The position numbers and the translations under genes were made by a program. A stretch of 64,000 nt of DNA from Alphaproteobacteria bacterium (GTDB lineage: Bacteria > Pseudomonadota > Alphaproteobacteria > SHVV01), in the NCBI GenBank assembly GCA_965224275.1, contig CBDCYR010000009.1:413945-477944 (forward strand), given 5' to 3'. Below the pieces are notes generated by a model. It had not been told where the DNA came from. It did no database searches and saw nothing but the letters and a program-made list of their open reading frames with translations. Shown one piece after another: positions 55,467-64,000 of this stretch. Each line of letters begins with the position of its first letter. The stretch's first letter is position 1.

Positions 55467-57016
55467 GCCGCCGGCTCCGCGCCTTCCGTCAATCCGAGCT
55501 TCTCGGCCAAACCGATGCGTTGCACTTTGCCGGTCGCTCCCTTGGGAATTTCATCAAGGATCAGCACCTTGCGAGGAACCTTAAAGTCGGCCAAGCGCTC
55601 AGATGCAAAGTCACGAATTTCGTTGCCTGTAACGGTCGCGCCGTCGTTGAGAACAACCGCTGCGCCAACTTCTTCCCCCAGTTTTGCATGCGGGATCGCG
55701 AACGTTACCACCTGCGCGACCGCGGGATGGTCGAGCAGGATTTCATCGACTTCGCGCGGCGATATCTTCTCGCCGCCGCGGTTGATGATTTCCTTCAGGC
55801 GCCCGGTGATCGTCAGATAGCCCTGGTCGTCGATCCGGCCTTGATCGCCGGTGCGGAACCAGCCGTTGGTGAACGCCTCGGCGTTGGCTTTGGGGTTGCT
55901 TTCATAGCCCAGCGTGACGTTGGGACCCTGGATGACGATTTCACCGATCTCACCGGCGGCCAGCAATTCGCCGGACTGGTCCATCACCGCAACGTCTGGA
56001 CCGGCAGCGACCCCCACGGTGCCCGGCTTGCGCGGTTTGGGCGGTAACGGGTTGCTCGCCATCTGGTGCGCCGCTTCGGTCATGCCGTAGGATTCGATGA
56101 CCGGTGCACTGAATACGTCCTCGAGATCGGCCATCACCTGCGGTGGCAGCGACGCGCTGGACGATCGAACGAAACGTAACGGCACCTTGTCGATGGTTCC
56201 CCCGTTGCGGCCGGCGCGGCTCAGAATCGCCTGATGCATGGTGGGGACGGCGGTGTACCAGGTTGGTACACACTCAGCCATCCAGCTGAAGAAGCGCAGC
56301 GCATTGAAGCCCGGCGTGCAGTGCACCGATGCCCCTGCACCCAAGCTCGATAGGGTCGCCGCGATAAGACCGTGGATGTGAAACAGCGGCATTACGTTGA
56401 GGCAGCGATCGCTCGCGGCGAGCTGGAGTGTGGTGCGAATATTGGCAGCCGAGGCGCAGATGTTGGCATGGGTCAACGGCACTATTTTCGGGCGCGATGT
56501 TGTGCCCGAAGTATGCAGAACCAGCGCTTCGTCGTCGGGCTCTGCGAGGCCGGTTGGTTTCGCAGCTATTCCAGTTCGGCCCGACAGCGTGAACGAGCCG
56601 GCGGGCGCGTTGGCGGTCGTGTTGAGTTCTAGGATCGGGATATTGCGCTCGCGTGCGACGTCGAGGGCGGGCGAGGTTGATCCGCTATCGATGATCAAAG
56701 CCTTGGCGTTGAGGTCGGAGAGGTAAAAATCTAACTCGTCCTTGCGATAAGCAGGATTGAGCGGGGCCGTGCTACAGCCGCTGGCAACCGCAACAAAGCT
56801 AGCCGCCATTTCGGGGCCGTTGGGCAGCACGATGGCAATGCGATCGCCGCGGCCCAAGCCCAAACCGTTGAGCGTTTCTACGGTGCGCGCCGCGAGTGCT
56901 TTAAGACCAGCAAAATCCAACGGCGTGCGTTCGGGTGCCCCGATCGACGGGTCACGATCGGCGCCCGTACGCAACAACTCGAACATCGTCCTACTTGCCA
57001 TCATCGCCGTTGCCAT
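55463..57016 (-). CDS. Acyl-CoA synthetase, oxalate--CoA ligase-like
   Basis: LHTSGTTSRPKIVPL, MPLFHIHGL, SYGMTEAAHQM, RLKEIINRGGEKISP, PKGATGKVQR. Confidence 0.88.
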   Translation of the reverse strand: MATAMMASRTMFELLRTGADRDPSIGAPERTPLDFAGLKALAARTVETLNGLGLGRGDRIAIVLPNGPEMAASFVAVASGCSTAPLNPAYRKDELDFYLSDLNAKALIIDSGSTSPALDVARERNIPILELNTTANAPAGSFTLSGRTGIAAKPTGLAEPDDEALVLHTSGTTSRPKIVPLTHANICASAANIRTTLQLAASDRCLNVMPLFHIHGLIAATLSSLGAGASVHCTPGFNALRFFSWMAECVPTWYTAVPTMHQAILSRAGRNGGTIDKVPLRFVRSSSASLPPQVMADLEDVFSAPVIESYGMTEAAHQMASNPLPPKPRKPGTVGVAAGPDVAVMDQSGELLAAGEIGEIVIQGPNVTLGYESNPKANAEAFTNGWFRTGDQGRIDDQGYLTITGRLKEIINRGGEKISPREVDEILLDHPAVAQVVTFAIPHAKLGEEVGAAVVLNDGATVTGNEIRDFASERLADFKVPRKVLILDEIPKGATGKVQRIGLAEKLGLTEGAEPAA

Positions 57017-57179
57017 GAGCCCTGCTCGTCGTTAGTTGCTGCGTTGTTTTGGGGCGTGCGGATGGCGGGCGACATAGCACAAATTACGATGACGTCACAG
57101 GGACTGGTCGCCAAATGGGGTATTCCGCGATCCCATCCGACGTATCCGCTCCGGACACAGCGGTAGATCGCTTAGCCTT

Positions 57180-57640
57180 TTACGTGCGCAACTCGACCGG
57201 CGGGGTGGATCCGATGAAGGCGTCGGTTCGCGACGTCGTGGCCTCGTAGGCGGCGATCCCGCGTTCGAACGCGTTGGTGGAGGCTCGTGGTGCGGATTGT
57301 TGGCCCAGAACCTGGGCGACAAAAACGCTAGACGGTGACACCAAGGCGTCGTCGATTGAGTCGGTATCGGCGCCAGCGTTAGGGAAGGGGATAACTTTCC
57401 CACGATTTCGGCCGGCCGTATCGCTTTCGACCTGCGGCCGCCCGCGTTTGGCTATCGGTGGATTAGGCGTACGTCGGGGGTCACGCACCAACCGTTCGCT
57501 TTGCGGAAGTCGGGCGCGTAGTTGTTCCTGCTGTTGCCGCCCAAACTCTTCGGACGGTTGCACCAAAGCGGGAACAGTCGGTGCCGTAGGTGACGTTGGC
57601 GGCGCCTCCGAACCGCCAGCGCGGCAATCGTCGTCACGGC
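57180..57640 (-). CDS. Hypothetical protein (true start uncertain; the ORF track extends it into the IS)
   Basis: Low-complexity N-part, C-terminal SVFVAQVLGQQ...GIAAYEAT. Confidence 0.4.
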
Positions 57641-57694
57641 AAGTTCTCCCCAGTGAGCCGAACCTTACGGCCCTGTCGGTAAAGTTTTTGTTAA

Positions 57695-58626
57695 GAGTCC
57701 GACTCGAAACTCTATGTTTGATAACAGTACCTTGCGAGCCGCCTTGTGAGGAGTCGGATGTTGGCGACAAGAATCCATGCCTGTGCGGAGGCGATTGATT
57801 TCTCCCAATCCTTGGCCAGTCGACGGCATCGGTTGAGCCAGGCGAAGGTCCTCTCGACGACCCATCGTCTGGGCAGGAGCTCGAAGCCCTGGGCGGTGTC
57901 TGAGCGCTTGATGATCTCGAGCTTCCAGCGGCCGATGTCCTCAAGGGCGCCCTCGAGTTTCGGTCCCGCGTAGGCGGCGTCGGCGAAGAGGTGACGCAGC
58001 CGGGGGAAGCGATGACGGATCGATTTGAGGACCTCGGGCGCGCCGTCGCGGTCCTGGATATCGGCTGCGTGCACGATCAGGCCGACCAGCAGGCCGAGTG
58101 TATCGGTGACGATGTGACGCTTGCGGCCCTTGATCTTCTTGCCCGCGTCATAGCCCCGAACACCACCGCTTTCCGTGGTTTTCACGCTCTGGCTGTCGAT
58201 CACCCCGGCGCTCGGGCCGGCCTCGCGTCCTTCCAGCTCCCGGGCCGCCATGACCAGGTAATGGTTGATGCTCTCCAGCAGGCCGTTGGAGCGCCAGTCG
58301 TAGAAATAGCGCTGGACCGTGGAAGGCGGAGGGAAGTCGTTCGGCAACATCGCCCACTGGCAGCCCGTCGAGGCCATGTACATGACCGCATCCATGACAT
58401 GGCGCAGGTCCGTCGTCCTCGGCCGGCCGATCTTCTTGCGCGGCGGCATGAGCGGCGCGATCAACGCCCACTCTCGATCCGTCAGGTCGCTTGCGTAGCG
58501 CCCGCCACGGCGCTCATAATTCGGGCGAGTGATTTCGGTCCACATGTTGTGCCTCCTCGTTTGCTTTGACACAACCGAGTAAGCCACAACCGACTGAAAT
58601 CACTCAACTAGTTTCGGGTTGGCCTC
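57695..58626 (-). mobile_element. IS5-family element (IS1031-like), copy 1, 932 bp
   Basis: TIR GAGTCCGACTCGAAACT / AGTTTCGGGTTGGCCTC; flanked by TAA. Confidence 0.93.
57712..58545 (-). CDS. IS5-family transposase, copy 1
   Basis: YASDLTDREW, TGCQW, IDSQSVK, KGRKRH, ADAAY, RRWVVERTFAW; GAGGAGG RBS before MWTEIT. Confidence 0.95.
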   Translation of the reverse strand: MWTEITRPNYERRGGRYASDLTDREWALIAPLMPPRKKIGRPRTTDLRHVMDAVMYMASTGCQWAMLPNDFPPPSTVQRYFYDWRSNGLLESINHYLVMAARELEGREAGPSAGVIDSQSVKTTESGGVRGYDAGKKIKGRKRHIVTDTLGLLVGLIVHAADIQDRDGAPEVLKSIRHRFPRLRHLFADAAYAGPKLEGALEDIGRWKLEIIKRSDTAQGFELLPRRWVVERTFAWLNRCRRLAKDWEKSIASAQAWILVANIRLLTRRLARYCYQT

Positions 58627-58629
58627 TAA

Positions 58630-59561
58630 GAGTCCGACTCGAAACTCTATGTTTGATAACAGTACCTTGCGAGCCGCCTTGTGAGGAGTCGGATGTTGGC
58701 GACAAGAATCCATGCCTGTGCGGAGGCGATTGATTTCTCCCAATCCTTGGCCAGTCGACGGCATCGGTTGAGCCAGGCGAAGGTCCTCTCGACGACCCAT
58801 CGTCTGGGCAGGAGCTCGAAGCCCTGGGCGGTGTCTGAGCGCTTGATGATCTCGAGCTTCCAGCGGCCGATGACCTCAAGGGCGCCCTCGAGTTTCGGTC
58901 CCGCGTAGGCGGCGTCGGCGAAGAGGTGACGCAGCCGGGGGAAGCGATGACGGATCGATTTGAGGACCTCGGGCGCGCCGTCGCGGTCCTGGATATCGGC
59001 TGCGTGCACGATCAGGCCGACCAGCAGGCCGAGTGTATCGGTGACGATGTGACGCTTGCGGCCCTTGATCTTCTTGCCCGCGTCATAGCCCCGAACACCA
59101 CCGCTTTCCGTGGTTTTCACGCTCTGGCTGTCGATCACCCCGGCGCTCGGGCCGGCCTCGCGTCCTTCCAGCTCCCGGGCCGCCATGACCAGGTGATGGT
59201 TGATGCTCTCCAGCAGGCCGTTGGAGCGCCAGTCGTAGAAATAGCGCTGGACCGTGGAAGGCGGAGGGAAGTCGTTCGGCAACATCGCCCACTGGCAGCC
59301 CGTCGAGGCCATGTACATGACCGCATCCATGACATGGCGCAGGTCCGTCGTCCTCGGCCGGCCGATCTTCTTGCGCGGCGGCATGAGCGGCGCGATCAAC
59401 GCCCACTCTCGATCCGTCAGGTCGCTTGCGTAGCGCCCGCCACGGCGCTCATAATTCGGGCGAGTGATTTCGGTCCACATGTTGTGCCTCCTCGTTTGCT
59501 TTGACACAACCGAGTAAGCCACAACCGACTGAAATCACTCAACTAGTTTCGGGTTGGCCTC
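58630..59561 (-). mobile_element. IS5-family element, copy 2
   Basis: Direct repeat of copy 1 at +935 bp, separated by TAA. Confidence 0.93.
58647..59480 (-). CDS. IS5-family transposase, copy 2
   Basis: Same protein as copy 1 except NHH (vs NHY) and LEVIG (vs LEDIG). Confidence 0.95.
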   Translation of the reverse strand: MWTEITRPNYERRGGRYASDLTDREWALIAPLMPPRKKIGRPRTTDLRHVMDAVMYMASTGCQWAMLPNDFPPPSTVQRYFYDWRSNGLLESINHHLVMAARELEGREAGPSAGVIDSQSVKTTESGGVRGYDAGKKIKGRKRHIVTDTLGLLVGLIVHAADIQDRDGAPEVLKSIRHRFPRLRHLFADAAYAGPKLEGALEVIGRWKLEIIKRSDTAQGFELLPRRWVVERTFAWLNRCRRLAKDWEKSIASAQAWILVANIRLLTRRLARYCYQT

Positions 59562-59564
59562 TAA

Positions 59565-60496
59565 GAGTCCGACTCGAAACTCTATGTTTGATAACAGTAC
59601 CTTGCGAGCCGCCTTGTGAGGAGTCGGATGTTGGCGACAAGAATCCATGCCTGTGCGGAGGCGATTGATTTCTCCCAATCCTTGGCCAGTCGACGGCATC
59701 GGTTGAGCCAGGCGAAGGTCCTCTCGACGACCCATCGTCTGGGCAGGAGCTCGAAGCCCTGGGCGGTGTCTGAGCGCTTGATGATCTCGAGCTTCCAGCG
59801 GCCGATGTCCTCAAGGGCGCCCTCGAGTTTCGGTCCCGCGTAGGCGGCGTCGGCGAAGAGGTGACGCAGCCGGGGGAAGCGATGACGGATCGATTTGAGG
59901 ACCTCGGGCGCGCCGTCGCGGTCCTGGATATCGGCTGCGTGCACGATCAGGCCGACCAGCAGGCCGAGTGTATCGGTGACGATGTGACGCTTGCGGCCCT
60001 TGATCTTCTTGCCCGCGTCATAGCCCCGAACACCACCGCTTTCCGTGGTTTTCACGCTCTGGCTGTCGATCACCCCGGCGCTCGGGCCGGCCTCGCGTCC
60101 TTCCAGCTCCCGGGCCGCCATGACCAGGTGATGGTTGATGCTCTCCAGCAGGCCGTTGGAGCGCCAGTCGTAGAAATAGCGCTGGACCGTGGAAGGCGGA
60201 GGGAAGTCGTTCGGCAACATCGCCCACTGGCAGCCCGTCGAGGCCATGTACATGACCGCATCCATGACATGGCGCAGGTCCGTCGTCCTCGGCCGGCCGA
60301 TCTTCTTGCGCGGCGGCATGAGCGGCGCGATCAACGCCCACTCTCGATCCGTCAGGTCGCTTGCGTAGCGCCCGCCACGGCGCTCATAATTCGGGCGAGT
60401 GATTTCGGTCCACATGTTGTGCCTCCTCGTTTGCTTTGACACAACCGAGTAAGCCACAACCGACTGAAATCACTCAACTAGTTTCGGGTTGGCCTC
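59565..60496 (-). mobile_element. IS5-family element, copy 3
   Basis: Direct repeat at +1870 bp; followed by TAA at 60497-60499. Confidence 0.93.
59582..60415 (-). CDS. IS5-family transposase, copy 3
   Basis: Same protein with NHH and LEDIG. Confidence 0.95.
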   Translation of the reverse strand: MWTEITRPNYERRGGRYASDLTDREWALIAPLMPPRKKIGRPRTTDLRHVMDAVMYMASTGCQWAMLPNDFPPPSTVQRYFYDWRSNGLLESINHHLVMAARELEGREAGPSAGVIDSQSVKTTESGGVRGYDAGKKIKGRKRHIVTDTLGLLVGLIVHAADIQDRDGAPEVLKSIRHRFPRLRHLFADAAYAGPKLEGALEDIGRWKLEIIKRSDTAQGFELLPRRWVVERTFAWLNRCRRLAKDWEKSIASAQAWILVANIRLLTRRLARYCYQT

Positions 60497-61341
60497 TAAG
60501 ACCATTTGGGCGTCGACTTTGCGTGCATCGGTACCAAGCCGACGTAGGTGCTCATGTCGTGGTCACTTATGCCATCCGGACCCAATTCGCCAAGATCATC
60601 TATACGACCCTTGACCCGGTCTAAGAATTGCGCCCAGAACCCAATGTCTGTTTCCATCGTCTTTTCGCTCGTGAAATAGATCATCTTACCCACATGCCGG
60701 TAGTTGAGCGCGCGCGGCGGCACGCGCGTAACAACGTCGTTGTTATTCACGAATCGGTAGGTTCCGGTCATCGTGTCTGAATTGGAAGATCTGGCGAAAT
60801 CCTGGTCGCCAGTGCGCGGGTGGCCGAATGTGTACAGCCCGTAGACCGGCTTATCCTCTTCGAATCGCAGCTTAGCAACAGCGATGGTCGCTAGGGCCGC
60901 ACTCAGGCTGTGGCCCGTAAACCAAAGCGCCTGTGGCCGATCGGTGTTGTCCTGGAACGCTGTGATACGCTCCCTCAGACCGGGCCAAATGCGCGCGACT
61001 CCTTCGTAGAATCCATTGTGGACACGCCCGCCCAGACCGTTCACGAGTGCGATATCAACATCAGTTAGCCAGTCACGCAAACGATCAGGCTCGGTGCCGC
61101 GAAAGGAAACGATGATCTTCTCGTCGTCACCGGCAACGAAGACCTCGCTCCCGCGCGCCTCGAAAAAATCGAACTTTTCGAATCTCCACTTTTGGATGTT
61201 GGTCTGAATCGTTGCCTCGGGCTCGTAAGCAAGATTGGCCATCGCCGCAAGGCACAATGCGTTGTTGCCGTTGTAGGCAGTTGTGTGGCTGGCAAATGGA
61301 TGATCCCCGGGATCATATTGATAGTCTCGTTGCTCGCTCAT
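60496..61341 (-). CDS. Lipase class 3 family protein
   Basis: VSFRGT, VHNGF, FTGHSLSAALA, YTFGHPRTGD, RFVNNNDVVTRVP, DH.M..Y. Confidence 0.88.
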   Translation of the reverse strand: MSEQRDYQYDPGDHPFASHTTAYNGNNALCLAAMANLAYEPEATIQTNIQKWRFEKFDFFEARGSEVFVAGDDEKIIVSFRGTEPDRLRDWLTDVDIALVNGLGGRVHNGFYEGVARIWPGLRERITAFQDNTDRPQALWFTGHSLSAALATIAVAKLRFEEDKPVYGLYTFGHPRTGDQDFARSSNSDTMTGTYRFVNNNDVVTRVPPRALNYRHVGKMIYFTSEKTMETDIGFWAQFLDRVKGRIDDLGELGPDGISDHDMSTYVGLVPMHAKSTPKWS

Positions 61342-61622
61342 CTGTGCACATCCCTACGTAAATCTGGGCGATCGGATCACACGCGACCGAAACCGTGTAA
61401 CACGCCACCGATCCTCACAGTCTAGCCAAAGCGCGCATCGCTTCCTCCAACATATTTAGCGCCGCTGCTTTTGGCCGCGAAAGTGCTGGAATCGCACCTT
61501 GTCGTTGATGTCGTTCGCAAAGGGCTTTGGCGTGCTTTGGCGAGCGCGAACGACGCCGAACATCTGTGGACTGGAGGCAGCGCCGCGGATTGGTGATCCC
61601 AGAGCGTTTCAGCAGGCTTGCA

Positions 61623-62513
61623 TTAACCACGCAATTCACGCCGCCTCAAACTTTCGCGCAGCGCCGCAAAGCTACCGCTAGCCAGGAGCCCGACTCCACT
61701 GCCGAGAACGGCAGAAAGCCATATCAAACTGATCTCACGCGACGCTTGGAGCCGGGGATCGATGACTGACACAAGAACGTCGGTAAAAATATCAGTCTCC
61801 ACGCCATCATCGACTTTGAACGTCAGGTATTGGCCCTGATTGTTCGTCCTGATCGCGTTGATTGCGGGGACTGTGAAGTCTAGTTTCTCATTAGTACCGA
61901 AAGCGACTTCCACGAAATGGAACGTACCCAGCTTATCGCCGAATCCTGAGGTCCCAAAACTTGTAGATAGTTGATATCCGAGTGCCGTTTGCGTCAGTGC
62001 GTCGTTCGCTATGAAGCGAAGTGTTCCACCGAAATCTGGAACGGTCTTCGCCTCTACGACAAATGTCGCGAGCCCTTCGTCCTTGTCCCAGCCAACCGCC
62101 GAAACCGGCAGCTTTCTATATTCCGAGCGATGGACGCCATCGATTCGCTGCGAATGTGTAAGCTGTGTCAGTCTTTTGTTAACGGTTATTGAAAGGCGCT
62201 TGCAGCTATCGGCGAAGGATCGCCAATTCACGAAGTGCAGTTCGACCGCGACAGCGTTGTTGTCGCTTCGGCGAAGTGACATTAACGGCTCTCGAGGCTC
62301 CCAACAGTCCTCGTATAGTATATTTATGCTGAGTTTTCGGCCTGGCCCCGTCCTTTCGTCTAGAAGGCCGAACAAAAGCCACGCGGGCAAGGCAATCATG
62401 ATCAGGCCAACAATCGCGGTAGCAACCTCTACGAAAAGAAGTAACCGATCTCGATCCATCGATGCCTGTTTCCGTCCGCAGATCCACCAATGCCTATGAA
62501 CGTCCGCGCCCAC
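61623..62513 (-). CDS. Hypothetical membrane protein (N- and C-terminal TM, beta-rich middle)
   Basis: Long ORF in lower-GC DNA; hydrophobic segments at both ends; start may be MDRDRLL. Confidence 0.55.
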   Translation of the reverse strand: MGADVHRHWWICGRKQASMDRDRLLLFVEVATAIVGLIMIALPAWLLFGLLDERTGPGRKLSINILYEDCWEPREPLMSLRRSDNNAVAVELHFVNWRSFADSCKRLSITVNKRLTQLTHSQRIDGVHRSEYRKLPVSAVGWDKDEGLATFVVEAKTVPDFGGTLRFIANDALTQTALGYQLSTSFGTSGFGDKLGTFHFVEVAFGTNEKLDFTVPAINAIRTNNQGQYLTFKVDDGVETDIFTDVLVSVIDPRLQASREISLIWLSAVLGSGVGLLASGSFAALRESLRRRELRG

Positions 62514-62585
62514 CGCTCCTGCGCACCCCAGCGTATGCGAGCGAGTTAGGACGTACTAACGAAACAGCCCGCATATCGATGCAAG

Positions 62586-64000
62586 TCATTCCAGACGCAA
62601 GTTTATACGACGATAGCTCAACGCTTCAGCAATATGCGCCCGGCGCACCGCCGCGACACCGTCGAGGTCGGCCAGCGTGCGGGCGACCCGGAGCACCCGA
62701 TGGTAGCCGCGCGCCGATAATTTGAGGCGGTCGGTCGCCTCGGTCAGTAGGCGCACGCCGTCATCGTCGGGTGTTGCGACCGCCGCCAGGAGATCACCAT
62801 CGGCCTCGGCGTTGGTGCGGATCGGGGGCTCGTCATCTGCCGTCGCGCCGTAGCGTTGCCGTTGGATCTCGCGCGCGGCCGCAACCCGGGCTGCCACCTC
62901 GGCGCTGCCCTCGGCCGGCGGCGGCAGGCTGAGATCGACGGCCTCAACCGCGCCGACTTCGACATGAAGGTCGATGCGATCGAACATCGGGCCGGAGATC
63001 TTGCTCTGGTATTCGATGCCGCATTTGGGCGCCCGGCCGCAGCCTTGGGCGGGATCATCGAGGTAGCCGCAGCGGCATGGGTTCATCGCCGCGACCAATT
63101 GCACGCGTGCCGGGTAGGTCACATGCGCATTGGCGCGCGACACCGTTATGCGTCCGCTTTCAAGCGGCTGGCGCAGCGCTTCGAGCGCGTTGCGGGCAAA
63201 TTCGGGCAGCTCGTCGAGGAACAGGACGCCGAGATGAGCCAGCGTCACCTCACCCGGCTTGGCCTGTTGGCCACCGCCCACCAGCGCGGCCAGTGAGGCC
63301 GAGTGGTGGGGGTCGCGAAACGGACGCTGGCGCGTGAGCTGGCCGCCTCGGATCGATCCGGCCACGCTCTGGATCATACTCACTTCGAGCGTTTCAGCCG
63401 CATCCAGCGGCGGTAGAATACCGGCGAGGCGCGCCGCCAGCATCGACTTGCCGGCGCCCGGCGGACCAATCATCAGCAGATTGTGACCGCCGGCCGCCGC
63501 CACTTCGAGCGCACGTTTGGCAATCTCCTGGCCCTTGATGTCCGACAAATCGGCGACCGCGACAGGTTCACGGGCCAGTGACTTCTGCGGCTGCGGCAAC
63601 AGCTGGGTGCCCTTGAGATGATTGATCAGCGATAGGATGTCGGGTGCGGCGAGGATGTCGATCGCGCCCGCCCACGGGGCCTCACCGCCGGACGCGGCCG
63701 GGCAAATCAATCCGCGATGACCCGCCGCGGCGTTGATCGCTGCCAGCAAGACGCCGGCCACCGGCGCGATCGTTCCGTCCAAGCCGAGTTCACCGAGCGC
63801 GCAATAGTCGCCGAGATCGTCGGCCGCCACCACGTCCATATCGACCAGCAGCCCGAGCGCAATCGGCAGATCGTAGTGGCTGCCCTCCTTGGCCAGGCTG
63901 GCCGGCGCCAGGTTGACGGTGATCCGTTTGGGCGGCAGCGACAGGCCGACAGCGCTCAGCGCGGCCCGGACGCGTTCGCGCGATTCGGCCACCGCCTTGT
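62586..64000 (-). CDS. comM: YifB/ComM Mg-chelatase-like AAA+ ATPase (5' end outside window)
   Basis: ITVNLAPA..KEGSHYDLP, GPPGAGKSM, LFLDELPEF, AMNPCRCG, LSARGYHRVLRVARTLADL. Confidence 0.94.
   Translation of the reverse strand, partial: KAVAESRERVRAALSAVGLSLPPKRITVNLAPASLAKEGSHYDLPIALGLLVDMDVVAADDLGDYCALGELGLDGTIAPVAGVLLAAINAAAGHRGLICPAASGGEAPWAGAIDILAAPDILSLINHLKGTQLLPQPQKSLAREPVAVADLSDIKGQEIAKRALEVAAAGGHNLLMIGPPGAGKSMLAARLAGILPPLDAAETLEVSMIQSVAGSIRGGQLTRQRPFRDPHHSASLAALVGGGQQAKPGEVTLAHLGVLFLDELPEFARNALEALRQPLESGRITVSRANAHVTYPARVQLVAAMNPCRCGYLDDPAQGCGRAPKCGIEYQSKISGPMFDRIDLHVEVGAVEAVDLSLPPPAEGSAEVAARVAAAREIQRQRYGATADDEPPIRTNAEADGDLLAAVATPDDDGVRLLTEATDRLKLSARGYHRVLRVARTLADLDGVAAVRRAHIAEALSYRRINLRLE

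Noticed and set aside
57180-57944. 254-aa ORF as a gene disrupted by or fused to IS5
   Set aside because: Its N-terminal part is an alternative frame of the IS; the reconstructed empty site shows the IS hit the lipase stop codon, not this gene.
62586-64000. comM interrupted by a mobile element
   Set aside because: The visible part is an uninterrupted ORF through its normal C-terminus.

Overview
GC-rich chromosomal window from what looks like an alphaproteobacterium (Rhodospirillales-like gene content, tRNA-Val(CAC), sigma54/CtrA-type sites). Most of it is metabolic: redox/stress genes, MoxR-VWA, an ~18.5 kb TRAP / hydantoinase-oxoprolinase / molybdoenzyme / PrpD catabolic cluster, an oxalate-activation pair and comM. 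Mobile DNA includes an IS481 element, a tyrosine recombinase + IS91-like element between two 5'-truncated genes (dnaE2 and a RamB/ScfR-type regulator), a head-to-tail triple of an IS5-family element, a 293-bp CTAG-flanked MITE with two collapsed 21-bp relatives, and several long palindromes. The most intriguing item is a small AT-rich cassette (~17096-18266). It encodes a 156-aa protein resembling PBECR2/MuF-type BECR RNase toxins, followed by a compact four-helix RNA fold with a perfect loop-loop (kissing) complementarity and no immunity ORF. This is a candidate RNA-antitoxin toxin system carried by what may be a degenerate IS1595-type non-autonomous element. All family assignments come from motif recognition by eye; no database search or folding program was run.
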